64,000 nucleotides of DNA from Epithemia pelagica. Lineage: Eukaryota; Protista; Bacillariophyta. Location of the stretch: the NCBI GenBank assembly GCA_946965045.2, contig OX337238.1, positions 1,612,001 through 1,676,000 on the forward strand, written 5' to 3'. Of the stretch, positions 21,044-30,431 are shown in pieces. The first letter of the stretch is position 1. Each line of letters opens with the position of its first letter. Under the pieces are notes generated by a model that worked only from the letters and a program-made list of their open reading frames with translations, made no database searches and was not told the DNA's origin. Both the position numbers and the translations under genes were made by a program.

Positions 21044-22501
21044 TTACAAGTCACCAAACATGTTCTTGGCAGCCTCCGCATTCTTCTTGCCTTTGGTGGC
21101 AATCTTGGTGCCACCCTTGCATGCAATGCGCCAAAAGATAGTCATACCAAGGAGATCACGGCCGAAATCATTCTCCGAGTCATTTGATTTCATTTTGATG
21201 GGGTTGTACTCCGTAGGGATGACAGTCTCATCCTTGGAGAAAATCTGGTTGTCGAGTTTGATAGACGGGTGAAAGGCAAACCTATAGTGGGCCCAGTAGC
21301 TGCCATCGTCAGAATCCTCAATAGCCACCATAGTAGCACTATGGGCCTTCTTTGTAGCGGCACACTTGATCTTGGACAACTTCTCGTCCTTGTGGTACCG
21401 CTCGGGATCGCGGATCCAGAAGTCCTGCGCCGGCCCCCTCATCGAGATTAAACGACCACGCCAGCTTTCTCCGAAAACATCGTCGGGAATGCTCGCATCC
21501 CATAAATGATGGTCCTGGCAAGGGACTGAACGGCGTAAGTGGAAGCCGTTGCGAGTGAAAAGTTCGTCCTGGTCGATCCCTTCAACGTATTGAATGTCGA
21601 AATCTCTGTTACGTTCGGCACACAAATGGTTGACGGCGATTATCCAAGGGTGCTTGACCGTCCCATTTTGATTCACCAACCAACTTGTCGGAACAAATGG
21701 GTGCAACACGTCGTTAGGCAGTTGTGGGGGACGAGGAGGGATACGAGAAAGAAGTGGAGACACCCTCCCGAAGACATGTTGCGGTGGATCACCTCCATTG
21801 AGGTCAACACCATGGACAGCATAAGCGGCGGCAACGTTGTGGCGTGCTGGGCTGGGACTTGCGAAGAAGTTGGAGGCGTTTACCTGTCCCATCTGCTGAT
21901 CGTGGGCATCGTGGGCATCGTTGCCAAGAAACACCGCCGGTGATTCTCCTCCCTTCACAGGTGTGCGGTTGAGATTGCGGGGAGCTGGCTTCCTGTCGTC
22001 GTCTTGCTCAGCCATGCCAGCAGCATAATCTTGATCACCATACAAGCGCCCATAAGCGTCCTTGTACATCTGCTCCTCTTCGGGGCTGACGTCGTCGGCA
22101 ACATCAGTGGTGTAAGTGTCATTGTCGGAAATCTTGTTGCTCTTCACCATGGTTCCTGACTCTTTGTTTTCAAGTTCTTTGAGAGTCTTCTCGTTTGGAT
22201 CAACTCCCAGTCGATGGAGGTAGTTGACGTAGGCTTGGATGGACCGGGACTTGCACTTGCCCCAGCGAAGTTGTACTTGTCGTCGCTTCAACGAGCCTTC
22301 AAATCCCCAGTCGGTGGGATTATTACTGCAAAACGAAAGGAGATCAAAGGAGTGTCTCGACTGGCCTTGTTTTTCGATGGCCTTGATTAATTTTCTTGTT
22401 TGGTCAAACGGCAATCCACCTGGGGCGGGGAACTTGGCTGGCCTCTTTGGCGGTGGTTTCTTCTCTTCGTCCAATTTATGATCATGTTGTTGCTCTGTCA
22501 T
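21044..22501 (-). CDS. 485-aa hypothetical protein inside the Harbinger-like unit; possible N-terminal helical DNA-binding region
   Basis: Long uninterrupted ORF with a globular N-terminus (LPFDQTRKLIKAIE...RRQVQLRWGKCK), a disordered middle and a globular C-terminus. Divergent from the transposase. Confidence 0.65.
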   Translation of the reverse strand: MTEQQHDHKLDEEKKPPPKRPAKFPAPGGLPFDQTRKLIKAIEKQGQSRHSFDLLSFCSNNPTDWGFEGSLKRRQVQLRWGKCKSRSIQAYVNYLHRLGVDPNEKTLKELENKESGTMVKSNKISDNDTYTTDVADDVSPEEEQMYKDAYGRLYGDQDYAAGMAEQDDDRKPAPRNLNRTPVKGGESPAVFLGNDAHDAHDQQMGQVNASNFFASPSPARHNVAAAYAVHGVDLNGGDPPQHVFGRVSPLLSRIPPRPPQLPNDVLHPFVPTSWLVNQNGTVKHPWIIAVNHLCAERNRDFDIQYVEGIDQDELFTRNGFHLRRSVPCQDHHLWDASIPDDVFGESWRGRLISMRGPAQDFWIRDPERYHKDEKLSKIKCAATKKAHSATMVAIEDSDDGSYWAHYRFAFHPSIKLDNQIFSKDETVIPTEYNPIKMKSNDSENDFGRDLLGMTIFWRIACKGGTKIATKGKKNAEAAKNMFGDL

Positions 22502-22769
22502 GATAGAAAATCAATGATCCAACAATCAACGAGAGAAGTAGACAGGTTTGCGAAGCGCAAGCCATTCCCTCTTGATCCAACATGCTCCTCTTGTGTCGTT
22601 GGTTTGTCTACAGCTACTAATATCATAGGAATGTGTTTGATTGCTTGATCATAAGCAGTATTTTAGTTTACTTAGGGCAGATTGGTGTGTATGGACCCAC
22701 GGATCCTTCTACTCGTGTTCGGGATGAAGCACCTTTCCGCCAATTTGTGACACTACTAGGGAATGAGCC

Positions 22770-23759
22770 ATGAAGGCTGTCTTCCTTCCCCCAAGTTGGT
22801 CGCATCGGAATCTTCCTACTGTTCAACATAAAGAGAAGATGGTGCCACTGGTCGAGCCAGACGAGGTTCTCACGCGAGGCTTAGCTTATCTCTCCTTGGA
22901 CGTGGATGGCCGTCTGACGAGGGAGCAACGCATCAACAAGTTCCAACAACACTATGGATCGGTGCCTCTTACAATTGCAACCATGTGGTATGACTTGTGC
23001 CATACGACAATTGAAGAGGCAAAGCTAAGTACTAAGGATAAACAAAAAGGCTTTCGCATGTTCATGGTTGCGCATTTCTTTATCTACAGCTATCCTCGAA
23101 GCAGCGTACAGCTTGGTGACAGGTTCCGAATTTGTGCGTGCAACGTCCGAGGCAAGAATCTCTGGAAATGGATTCGGAAGATCGCAGCGCTTGAGGAGAA
23201 GGTAATTTTCTGGCCTCACGACCTGAACAATCCTGACTCGGAGATTTTCGCGCTATCTGTGGATGGTGTTGATAAGAAAACGTGGGAACGAAAGCACAAG
23301 ACTGAACTGCTTCCGTTTGATCGACGAAATTTCTCACAGAAGCATGCGCACGGTGGAGTGAAATATCAAATCACTCTATGTGCATATCGCCAGCAAGTCG
23401 TGGATATCTTTGGACCAGTGCGCGGAGGCATGGGTGACAAGGAGATGCTCGAGAGGTCTGGTGTGCTGGAGCACCTCGCGGATGGAAAAAAGGTTGTGGC
23501 TGATCGCGGTTACATCAAGAATGCTTTCCGCGACAAGGTTGCTTGGCCCAACCCACAACACGATTCAAGGATGGCGAACAATATTAAGAGTCGCATCCGC
23601 CTGCGACACGAATCGTTCAACGGAAAAATGTCTACCTTTGCCTCCATGCACCAAACTTGGAGGCACAGCGACACGAATCATGGACTTGCCTTTCGAGCTG
23701 TCGCTGTTACGTTGCAATATGCCATGAACAATGGCAGCTCTCATCTCTTTCAACCCTAA
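22770..23759 (+). CDS. PIF/Harbinger (HARBI1-like, DDE_Tnp_4) transposase/nuclease
   Basis: DDE triad in LSVDG, VVADRGY and RLRHESFNGKM; also FSQKHAHGGVKYQI, GPVRGG and the C-terminal WRH...HGLAFRAV motif. Confidence 0.88.
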   Translation: MKAVFLPPSWSHRNLPTVQHKEKMVPLVEPDEVLTRGLAYLSLDVDGRLTREQRINKFQQHYGSVPLTIATMWYDLCHTTIEEAKLSTKDKQKGFRMFMVAHFFIYSYPRSSVQLGDRFRICACNVRGKNLWKWIRKIAALEEKVIFWPHDLNNPDSEIFALSVDGVDKKTWERKHKTELLPFDRRNFSQKHAHGGVKYQITLCAYRQQVVDIFGPVRGGMGDKEMLERSGVLEHLADGKKVVADRGYIKNAFRDKVAWPNPQHDSRMANNIKSRIRLRHESFNGKMSTFASMHQTWRHSDTNHGLAFRAVAVTLQYAMNNGSSHLFQP

Positions 23760-23804
23760 TGAATGTCTAAAGTAGAGAAAAGTTTGTTTGTGTTTTCTAT
23801 TTGT

Positions 23805-24419
23805 TTACGTATAGTCTTGTATATGATTTGCCAAATCATGTCGTCGTCGCAGCTCATCACAGGGGACAACAGGTCCTCGTCCTTGCTCCTCCTCGCGTTT
23901 CAGTGCCAGATAGTTGAAAAAACGTTGGCGGCGTGCTTCCTGGTAAATGCGGTGCTTGAAGATTGCTGGCTTAAAGTCTCTGTAGGCAGGACGTGTCCTT
24001 TGAAGCTCGGATGGCTTCAAGCGTAGGTGCACACCATTCTTCACATCCTGCCGAAGAAGCAGCTTTGCAGGGTGAAGGTCAAAGACAAGTTCACCTTTGT
24101 TGTTGTGTTGTTGTCTTGGATAAAACCTTCTGTCATGAATAAGGGCCCTTTCGTCACTTCTTGCCCTTTCATTCGCGTAGTCTGCTTGGCGTCGATGATC
24201 CTGCAGCCGTGCCTTGAATTGTTGGAAGGGGACACCTTTGAACTCCGGGAGCCGCTTGTAAAACTTGAAAAGGTGGTCTGCCGGCACCATGTTCATGTTG
24301 TAGAGCAGACCACCTGGCTCCAAATCCTCGATGAGGATCGCCCGCCCCTCGCATTTCCTCCAATCAACAAACTTCTCCTTCTCCTTCTCCTTCTTCGATA
24401 CAGAGACCTGCTTGCTCAT
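23805..24419 (-). CDS. 204-aa protein with two similar helical modules; probable Harbinger accessory (Myb/SANT/trihelix-like) protein
   Basis: Module 1 DWRKCEGRAILIEDL...PEFKGVPFQQFKARLQDH; module 2 FDLHPAKLLLRQDV...PAYRDFKPAIFKHRIYQE. Tail-to-tail with the transposase. ATG at 24419. Confidence 0.65.
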   Translation of the reverse strand: MSKQVSVSKKEKEKEKFVDWRKCEGRAILIEDLEPGGLLYNMNMVPADHLFKFYKRLPEFKGVPFQQFKARLQDHRRQADYANERARSDERALIHDRRFYPRQQHNNKGELVFDLHPAKLLLRQDVKNGVHLRLKPSELQRTRPAYRDFKPAIFKHRIYQEARRQRFFNYLALKREEEQGRGPVVPCDELRRRHDLANHIQDYT

Positions 24420-24562
24420 CCTCTTTCTTTGTCCACTACCTGGCGACAAAAAAGGTTGGTTGTTGTGTCGTGTTCCATTTCGTCGATCGTTGTCGATAAC
24501 TTCGACGTGTTTTGCGATCTCGTTTTGTGAAGCTCATTTTTGTTGTGAAGACTCATTCTTGT

Positions 24563-24745
24563 TGTTGTATCGGGTGTGTGTATCGGGGTTTCGTCGATTT
24601 GTATCGGTTGTATCGACCCCCGTGTATCGTTTGTATCGGGGTTGTATCGGTTGTATCGGGTTGTATCGGGTTGTATCGGAATTTGTATCGGTTGTATCGG
24701 ATGTTGTTTCGACCAGTTGTATGGTTTGTATCGGGTTGTATCGAC
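24563..24745 (+). repeat. Array of ~14 TGTATCG(G) motifs (right subterminal array)
   Basis: Runs such as gttgtatcggttgtatcgggttgtatcgggttgtatcgg; same strand orientation as the left array. Confidence 0.9.
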
Positions 24746-24935
24746 CCTCGCCAAATGTTCCGATTCGTGTATTTTCCTCTCTATGTATTCTAATATACAG
24801 AAATATCAATGTCGATAAGTATTTTGTTCTATTATAGTGTACCAAAAAGAAAATAAGCTTGTCCGTCCTTCGCCCTTTTTGGTATATTCTGTTCAAGGTC
24901 CATAAGCACTATGGTTACAAAAATAGCGGGTGTCC

Positions 24936-25158
24936 CAGCGCCACAACAACAACGACGATCTTCCATTTTCCGACATTTTAGCTATTCTACGCCATCCTCC
25001 TCCTCTTCGGTAGGTGTGGTAGTGGGAGTCGACGCGCCACAGTTCGCGACGCTTGTCCCATCGGTCGAAAGGAATAATCCCAGTGTGAGTACATGACATG
25101 TGGACGAGGCAAAACCCACTCACGGGAACATTCCTAATACTACCAGAAATGGACACAT
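24936..25158 (+). repeat. Diverged copy of the 3' end and 3' UTR of the LRR gene (paralogous to 8892-9110)
   Basis: Shared blocks CAGCGCCACAACAACAACGACGATC, ACGCCATCCTCCTCCTCTTCGGTAGGTG, GGGAGTCGACGCGCCA, GGAATAATCCCAG.GTGAGTACATG and CACGGGAACATTCCTAATACTACCAGAAAT.GACACAT. Confidence 0.9.
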
Positions 25159-25947
25159 AACAGTAGCCTCTCCGTATTGCCTTCAGTCAACCTACACCAC
25201 CAAAGGAGAGCGACGTATATGTCAAACTATGGATACGGATCGACAAGAGGAGCAAGAGTTTGAGAGGCAGGAAGATCAAACCTTCTCCATGTGGATCCGT
25301 TGACAGAATTACACGAAACCTGTCAGGTGCTGGGTGTCACTGATCTCCGGCAACGAACTCGTCTGGCTGCTTACATTGCGAAACTTCGCGAAGCTGCGGA
25401 AAGACAGGCCTCACCAATTTGAATTTGTGGTTTTTAGAATTCGTGATCAGAAAAATCTCGAATATTGGCTGCGAGAAAACCTTACGGTGCAGTCTCTTGT
25501 GAAGGACGGATTTGGAAAAAAATTGCTTTGAATTCCTCGTTCATGGCGACACGTACACAATGGGTCCACCCATTCAGCAGCAGCAGCAGCAGGAGGTAAG
25601 GCGGTTGGTAGTTTGCCTTTTTTGGTTCCTTCGTTTGTGTTTGTGATTGTGTATCTGTATTCGATTTTGAGATTCTATGCCTATTTCATCAATTATCTTT
25701 GCAGGCTGGTATTGAGCTACATTGTCGCAGCAACAACAATCAATTGCGCATGACAGCATAAAATGAGTCAATAAATTGAAGCCCTCACATCATCTTTTTA
25801 ATTTACCTGCATCTTTACCGTATCTGTTTTCATTTCTTATTTGGGACTTTCTCGAAATCTATCACCGATCCGACTATGGCATCGTGTGTCGTCAATTGAA
25901 CATTGTTTTGTTGATTGATTGCGATTGCAATCATTTTGAAATCAACG

Positions 25948-27987
25948 ATGCGACGGTGGCGCTATCTGTCACAGCCAGCAATGCAGTTTGACAGTTCAAC
26001 GATAGATACCAAGACCTTTGCCCTCTATTACACGGTCAACACACACACGATTTCGTGTGACGAGAACGGGCGCGATCTCATCACCAAGCAATGGACGAAA
26101 TTAAAACGGCGGGAAGTTGAAGAGGTGTATAAATCCAATAGAATTGCGCAGATCTTTCAAGAGGACAATTGGAAGGAGACTGTCAAGTCGCCCAATTTTG
26201 TTTCACACCTTCAGCAGCATTTTGTTGCGAATGGAATTAAAGCGAATCAGATGGAATTCAACATGTCAAACTTTCATAATGCCGGGGAGATGGCACTCCA
26301 GCAATTCTTCTACTCTTCGTTTAGTATGCTTTTTGCATCAGCCGCATTGTCGCCATCGGGCAGGCAGTGCCTTTCTCTTCGATATCGTGCTGATGAGGAC
26401 GTGCTCTCATCGATCCCATGTATGTGGAGGGAAAATGAAGACAAGGAATACCGAAAAGGTCACATAAAAATCCAGCCAGATTCTGCCGCAGTTCTACAGG
26501 AAACTATGGACGTTTTTGGGATGATGGAAATCAAATCGTCTGGCAATAATTCAAGCCCAAACCGTAGAGACTACGACAAGTGCGTCCTAGCAACAGCTTC
26601 TACTGCCCTTGCGTTATTCCGCGAGTTGAATGAGACGGCGATCAAATCTCTTGCAATTCCCTTCATTGTTGCAAAGGGGGAATATTTGTCGCTTTATGTG
26701 ACAAGGGTGAAAGAGGGTGGTGTCCCTTTTGTCTCCAGGGTGGATCTAGGCAGCGAAATCTACAACAGTGATTCTGTGAATTGCTGTAGATCACCATCGG
26801 ATGCGCGTTTGCGGTGCTTCGTAGCCTTAGCTGTTTTATTGGACGAATTCCTTGGAATCATGCAAGGCTGCGATTTAGAAAAGTACCAACAGAGGAGAGC
26901 CATTGAAGATGGATCTAACATTTTCTCAACAACAAGGGGGAACAAATCTGCACGGTCGACGAAAAGGAGCATACCGTCATCAGAAACTGAGACAAGCAAT
27001 GCAAAGCAGGGTACCGACAGAGAGATGGAAAGGGAAGCTTGCGAGGCGGCAAGTTGCCGCGGGAGGTTTAAAAACGTAGTTTACCCGTTCACGAGGTTAT
27101 TGACTTTTGCCGATGACTGCGTGGTTGAATATCAGAGTAAATCGCCCTTTTACTTCAAAGGGGAATATGATCGTGAGCAGATTATTGATGCCAAGTCGCA
27201 GGGTGTTTTCCTGAAAGTCTGGAGAGTTGACGACCTCTTCTGTCCTGATTCGGTCGAGAAAGAATGGATGATGCAATGGAGGGCGCACAGTTACAATGTT
27301 CCAGTTGCCTCACCACTCTCCAAGGAACTGATCAAATCAAAACCTGAACAAGCTGGGCAAGAGTATCTTGTCGCTGCTATGGAGTTGGTTGATTTTGATG
27401 AAATTGATACTATTGACGATGTCATTTCCTTTTCGATAGCGCTTCTCTCCACTGTGGAAAGACTGCACTCCAAAGCGGCCATATTGCACTGTGATTTGAA
27501 GCCCAACAATGTGCGTTGGAGCAAAGGAGTTGTGAAGCTGATTGATTTTGGCCGTGCTCAGTTGCTTGTCGACGCAAAAAATGTTCTAGGGACAAGGGGA
27601 TACGAAGCACCAGAGGTCGAACGGGGAGAGGTACCAGCCATTGCTTCTGATGCATATTCTGTGGGTAAGACGATTGGTTACTTTTTGGAACAAGTTCTCG
27701 AACGTGGGCATACTCTAGACTCTACATCTCTCGCGATCAAAACGACAGTAGATGGTTTGACAAGGGCTGATTCCATCGATCGCATGTCAGTTTCGGATGC
27801 ACATCAAATCTTATTGAATCTGGTGGATGCAGATGCCGATGATGTTACTGCAAATACCGAGTCTTCGACGAGGAACCAGATGATTTGCGAAGATAAGATT
27901 TCCTCGGAAGTTTCGGTACCGCAATCCAATCGCAGCCAAGGACTTTCAGTTGACCCAACCAAGAGAAAATTAGCCGAGATATCATAG
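25948..27987 (+). CDS. Protein with a PD-(D/E)xK-like central domain and a C-terminal protein kinase domain
   Basis: Kinase motifs VFLKVW, HCDLKPNN, LIDFG, GTRGYEAPE and SDAYSVG. Upstream QPDSAAVL...MMEIKS fits a restriction-endonuclease-like PD..ExK pattern. Start uncertain. Confidence 0.8.
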   Translation: MRRWRYLSQPAMQFDSSTIDTKTFALYYTVNTHTISCDENGRDLITKQWTKLKRREVEEVYKSNRIAQIFQEDNWKETVKSPNFVSHLQQHFVANGIKANQMEFNMSNFHNAGEMALQQFFYSSFSMLFASAALSPSGRQCLSLRYRADEDVLSSIPCMWRENEDKEYRKGHIKIQPDSAAVLQETMDVFGMMEIKSSGNNSSPNRRDYDKCVLATASTALALFRELNETAIKSLAIPFIVAKGEYLSLYVTRVKEGGVPFVSRVDLGSEIYNSDSVNCCRSPSDARLRCFVALAVLLDEFLGIMQGCDLEKYQQRRAIEDGSNIFSTTRGNKSARSTKRSIPSSETETSNAKQGTDREMEREACEAASCRGRFKNVVYPFTRLLTFADDCVVEYQSKSPFYFKGEYDREQIIDAKSQGVFLKVWRVDDLFCPDSVEKEWMMQWRAHSYNVPVASPLSKELIKSKPEQAGQEYLVAAMELVDFDEIDTIDDVISFSIALLSTVERLHSKAAILHCDLKPNNVRWSKGVVKLIDFGRAQLLVDAKNVLGTRGYEAPEVERGEVPAIASDAYSVGKTIGYFLEQVLERGHTLDSTSLAIKTTVDGLTRADSIDRMSVSDAHQILLNLVDADADDVTANTESSTRNQMICEDKISSEVSVPQSNRSQGLSVDPTKRKLAEIS

Positions 27988-28377
27988 GCAAGAGGAACGA
28001 GAGGAGGCTTACCGTAGACAGAAAATAATCTACCGTCATTACGGCTATCTCATTTTGCTCAGTGGAGCATAAATGAGAGCAGGCTTACCTCAAAGATGTT
28101 TCTTGTGGAGAGTCGTTTGCTCAAGTCCCCTGTGCGTGTTGCCTCGTGACAGTACATTGGATTGGATTGCGTTGGCAGTTGGGGAGACGATTTGAATTGT
28201 CATCGGAGATCATTTTTAAGAGCTCACGAAGAAGACCATAGGTTAAACATAGGTAGTAGGGGTAGCAACTTAAAGACGACTTAAGAGCGACCCTGCACCT
28301 AAAATTTCCCAACAAAGATCTCTCTATTGTGTATCGTCGTCATTCGTTCTCGTTCCATTCGAGTCGTCACAACAACC

Positions 28378-30015
28378 ATGGTGGAGCAGAGAACGCCTTC
28401 CACGTCCACGAATCCTCCCGGAGAAGGAGATTTGGCATCTCCCCCTCCTTCCACAACGAAACAGCAAGACGAGCCCTCGGAGCCGCCAGTCAAAGCCGCC
28501 GTGTCGGACGACGACTCGTCGAGTAGCGATGATGACGACGACGATGACAATGCCAATGAGACTTCCAATGGACAAGATGCCCTGATACAAGCTGCCCTTT
28601 TGAAGGAAGAAGGCAATAGTCATTTTCAAAAGGGAAAATGGGACGAAGCCGCGCGATGTTATCGCAAGGGATGCAATCGGCTCAAAAAGGTTTCCAATTT
28701 GGACGCGGATCCTCAAGTCAAGCCATTGCAATTGACGCTACAAACCAATTTGAGCATGGTCTTGTTCAAGCAACAAAAATATCGAGCCTCTCGTGACATG
28801 GCGAGTAAGGCTCTGTCGTTGGAACCCACTCATGTCAAGGCCTTGTATCGTCGGGCCGTGGCAGGTCGTGCCTTGGGCGATTGGGATGTCGCCAAGGCCG
28901 ATTTGCGGGCTGCCTTGGTCGTGGACAAGACCAATGTGGCCTGTCAACGAGAACTGGCCAGTCTCAAAAAACAAGTGGATCAGGCCAACCAAAAACAAAA
29001 GTCCGCCTTGGCCAAGGCCTTTGCGTCATCTGGTTCTGGTGGTGGCGGTAAGTCCTTGTTGTTGTACACGGACAAGGCACAAGAAGAAGAGGACAAGAAA
29101 AAGGCCAAGGAAAAGCAAAAGAAAGAGGAGGAACAAAAGAAACAACAGCGTAAAAAGGATTGGGAAGATGAGTGCGTCAAACGCATGGCGAGTGGGGGGC
29201 AGGCTATTTCGTTTGAAGAATGGGAAACCGAACAAGAAACACAAGAAAAGGAACGAAAGAAGCAGGAGGAACAAGAACGCGAGGCGGAACGCAAACAACG
29301 ACAGGCCCGCCGTCGTAAACAAAAAGAGGAGCAAACTCAAAATGACAATGACGATGACGACGAAGAAGAATTGACGGAGCAGGAACTAGCTAGTTTGCGC
29401 GGTTACAAAAAGACCCGCGATGGTCGAACGACAAGTTACTTTACCCGTGAATTATCCGACGCCGAAAAACAACGGTTGGGAGACATGGCACCCAAAAAGT
29501 TGGAATCATCCTCCACGACGTCTGCCGCAGCAGCCGTAGCCTCAACTACATCGTCGTCTGGAACATCGGCATGGAATCAAGCCGGTACCTGGGAAGAAAA
29601 GGATGTATCTGGATGGTGCAAACATCGACTGAAACACCAATTGTCGTCCACCACCACAACCACCACTGGCAGCTCCTTGACGGCCAAAATTGTCAAGGTC
29701 CAGGAAGTGAATGGTGAAGGATCCGTGGCCAGTGCGGGTGGCAAGAAGAAATATATTTTTGATTTTCACGCCAAACTGCAATACGATATTGTACGTGATG
29801 ACTCTACAGTCGTGGCATCGGGGGTGGCTCGTTTGCCCGATATTTGCAGTACGCATTATCATGACGACGCCTTGGAAGTTGCCTTTGAGGCGTGGACCAA
29901 GGAACCCACACCACCCGACACTCATGGGGAATGCCTCCAGGCACGAGCGCAATTGATTCAGGGACTCCGTCAAAGTGTCCAAGCTTGGGTTCAAGAGTTT
30001 AATGCCGAATTTTAG
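28378..30015 (+). CDS. TPR + Aha1 N-terminal domain protein (Hsp90 co-chaperone-like)
   Basis: TPRs LKEEGNSHFQKGKWDEAARCY, TNLSMVLFK and PTHVKALYRRA; charged linker; Aha1_N-like SAWNQAGTWEEKDVSGW and GEGSVASAGGKKKYIFDF. Confidence 0.88.
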   Translation: MVEQRTPSTSTNPPGEGDLASPPPSTTKQQDEPSEPPVKAAVSDDDSSSSDDDDDDDNANETSNGQDALIQAALLKEEGNSHFQKGKWDEAARCYRKGCNRLKKVSNLDADPQVKPLQLTLQTNLSMVLFKQQKYRASRDMASKALSLEPTHVKALYRRAVAGRALGDWDVAKADLRAALVVDKTNVACQRELASLKKQVDQANQKQKSALAKAFASSGSGGGGKSLLLYTDKAQEEEDKKKAKEKQKKEEEQKKQQRKKDWEDECVKRMASGGQAISFEEWETEQETQEKERKKQEEQEREAERKQRQARRRKQKEEQTQNDNDDDDEEELTEQELASLRGYKKTRDGRTTSYFTRELSDAEKQRLGDMAPKKLESSSTTSAAAAVASTTSSSGTSAWNQAGTWEEKDVSGWCKHRLKHQLSSTTTTTTGSSLTAKIVKVQEVNGEGSVASAGGKKKYIFDFHAKLQYDIVRDDSTVVASGVARLPDICSTHYHDDALEVAFEAWTKEPTPPDTHGECLQARAQLIQGLRQSVQAWVQEFNAEF

Positions 30016-30431
30016 AAAAATATCAACAGCAAAGGACCAACCAAACCAAATGCAGGAATGTTTCGTACAGAAGGGTCAACAGGAATGGAGAGGGGGCGTC
30101 GGATTTCGAGATGACACGAAAATGTGGCTCTGCGATTGCTGTGGCGTCTCATGTGTTTGTCACTTGAGTATCCGTTTTATGGAACGATATTCATTGAACT
30201 ACCTATTAGAGACTGGAAACGTAGGAGTAAAGATGACGGCATCATTATACAACTAGCTATACTATATAGAGTATGGGGCCTTCTTGTGGGAGCCATAAGC
30301 GCGACTAAATCAATTCGGGTGACCGCTTTTGGTATCTTTTGAAGAGGGGGTGTTGGACCATGGCATTCTTCTTCCCTTCTTCCACCACAAGAACAATACG
30401 GCAGCAATGCTGACGTGCTGGTTCGACCATC

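Larger units (their letters stand above)
19944..24841. mobile_element. PIF/Harbinger-like DNA transposon with four ORFs; exact ends tentative
   Basis: Contains a HARBI1/DDE_Tnp_4-type nuclease convergent with a small helical-repeat ORF. TGTATCG arrays near both ends. Only a 9-bp inverted match (GTACACTAT 19943-19951 / ATAGTGTAC 24834-24842) as candidate TIR. Confidence 0.6.

Noticed and set aside
19943-24842. Treating GTACACTAT/ATAGTGTAC as proven TIRs (or CACTA-type ends with a TA TSD)
   Set aside because: A 9-bp match in AT-rich sequence could be chance and no TWA TSD is present; kept only as a tentative boundary.
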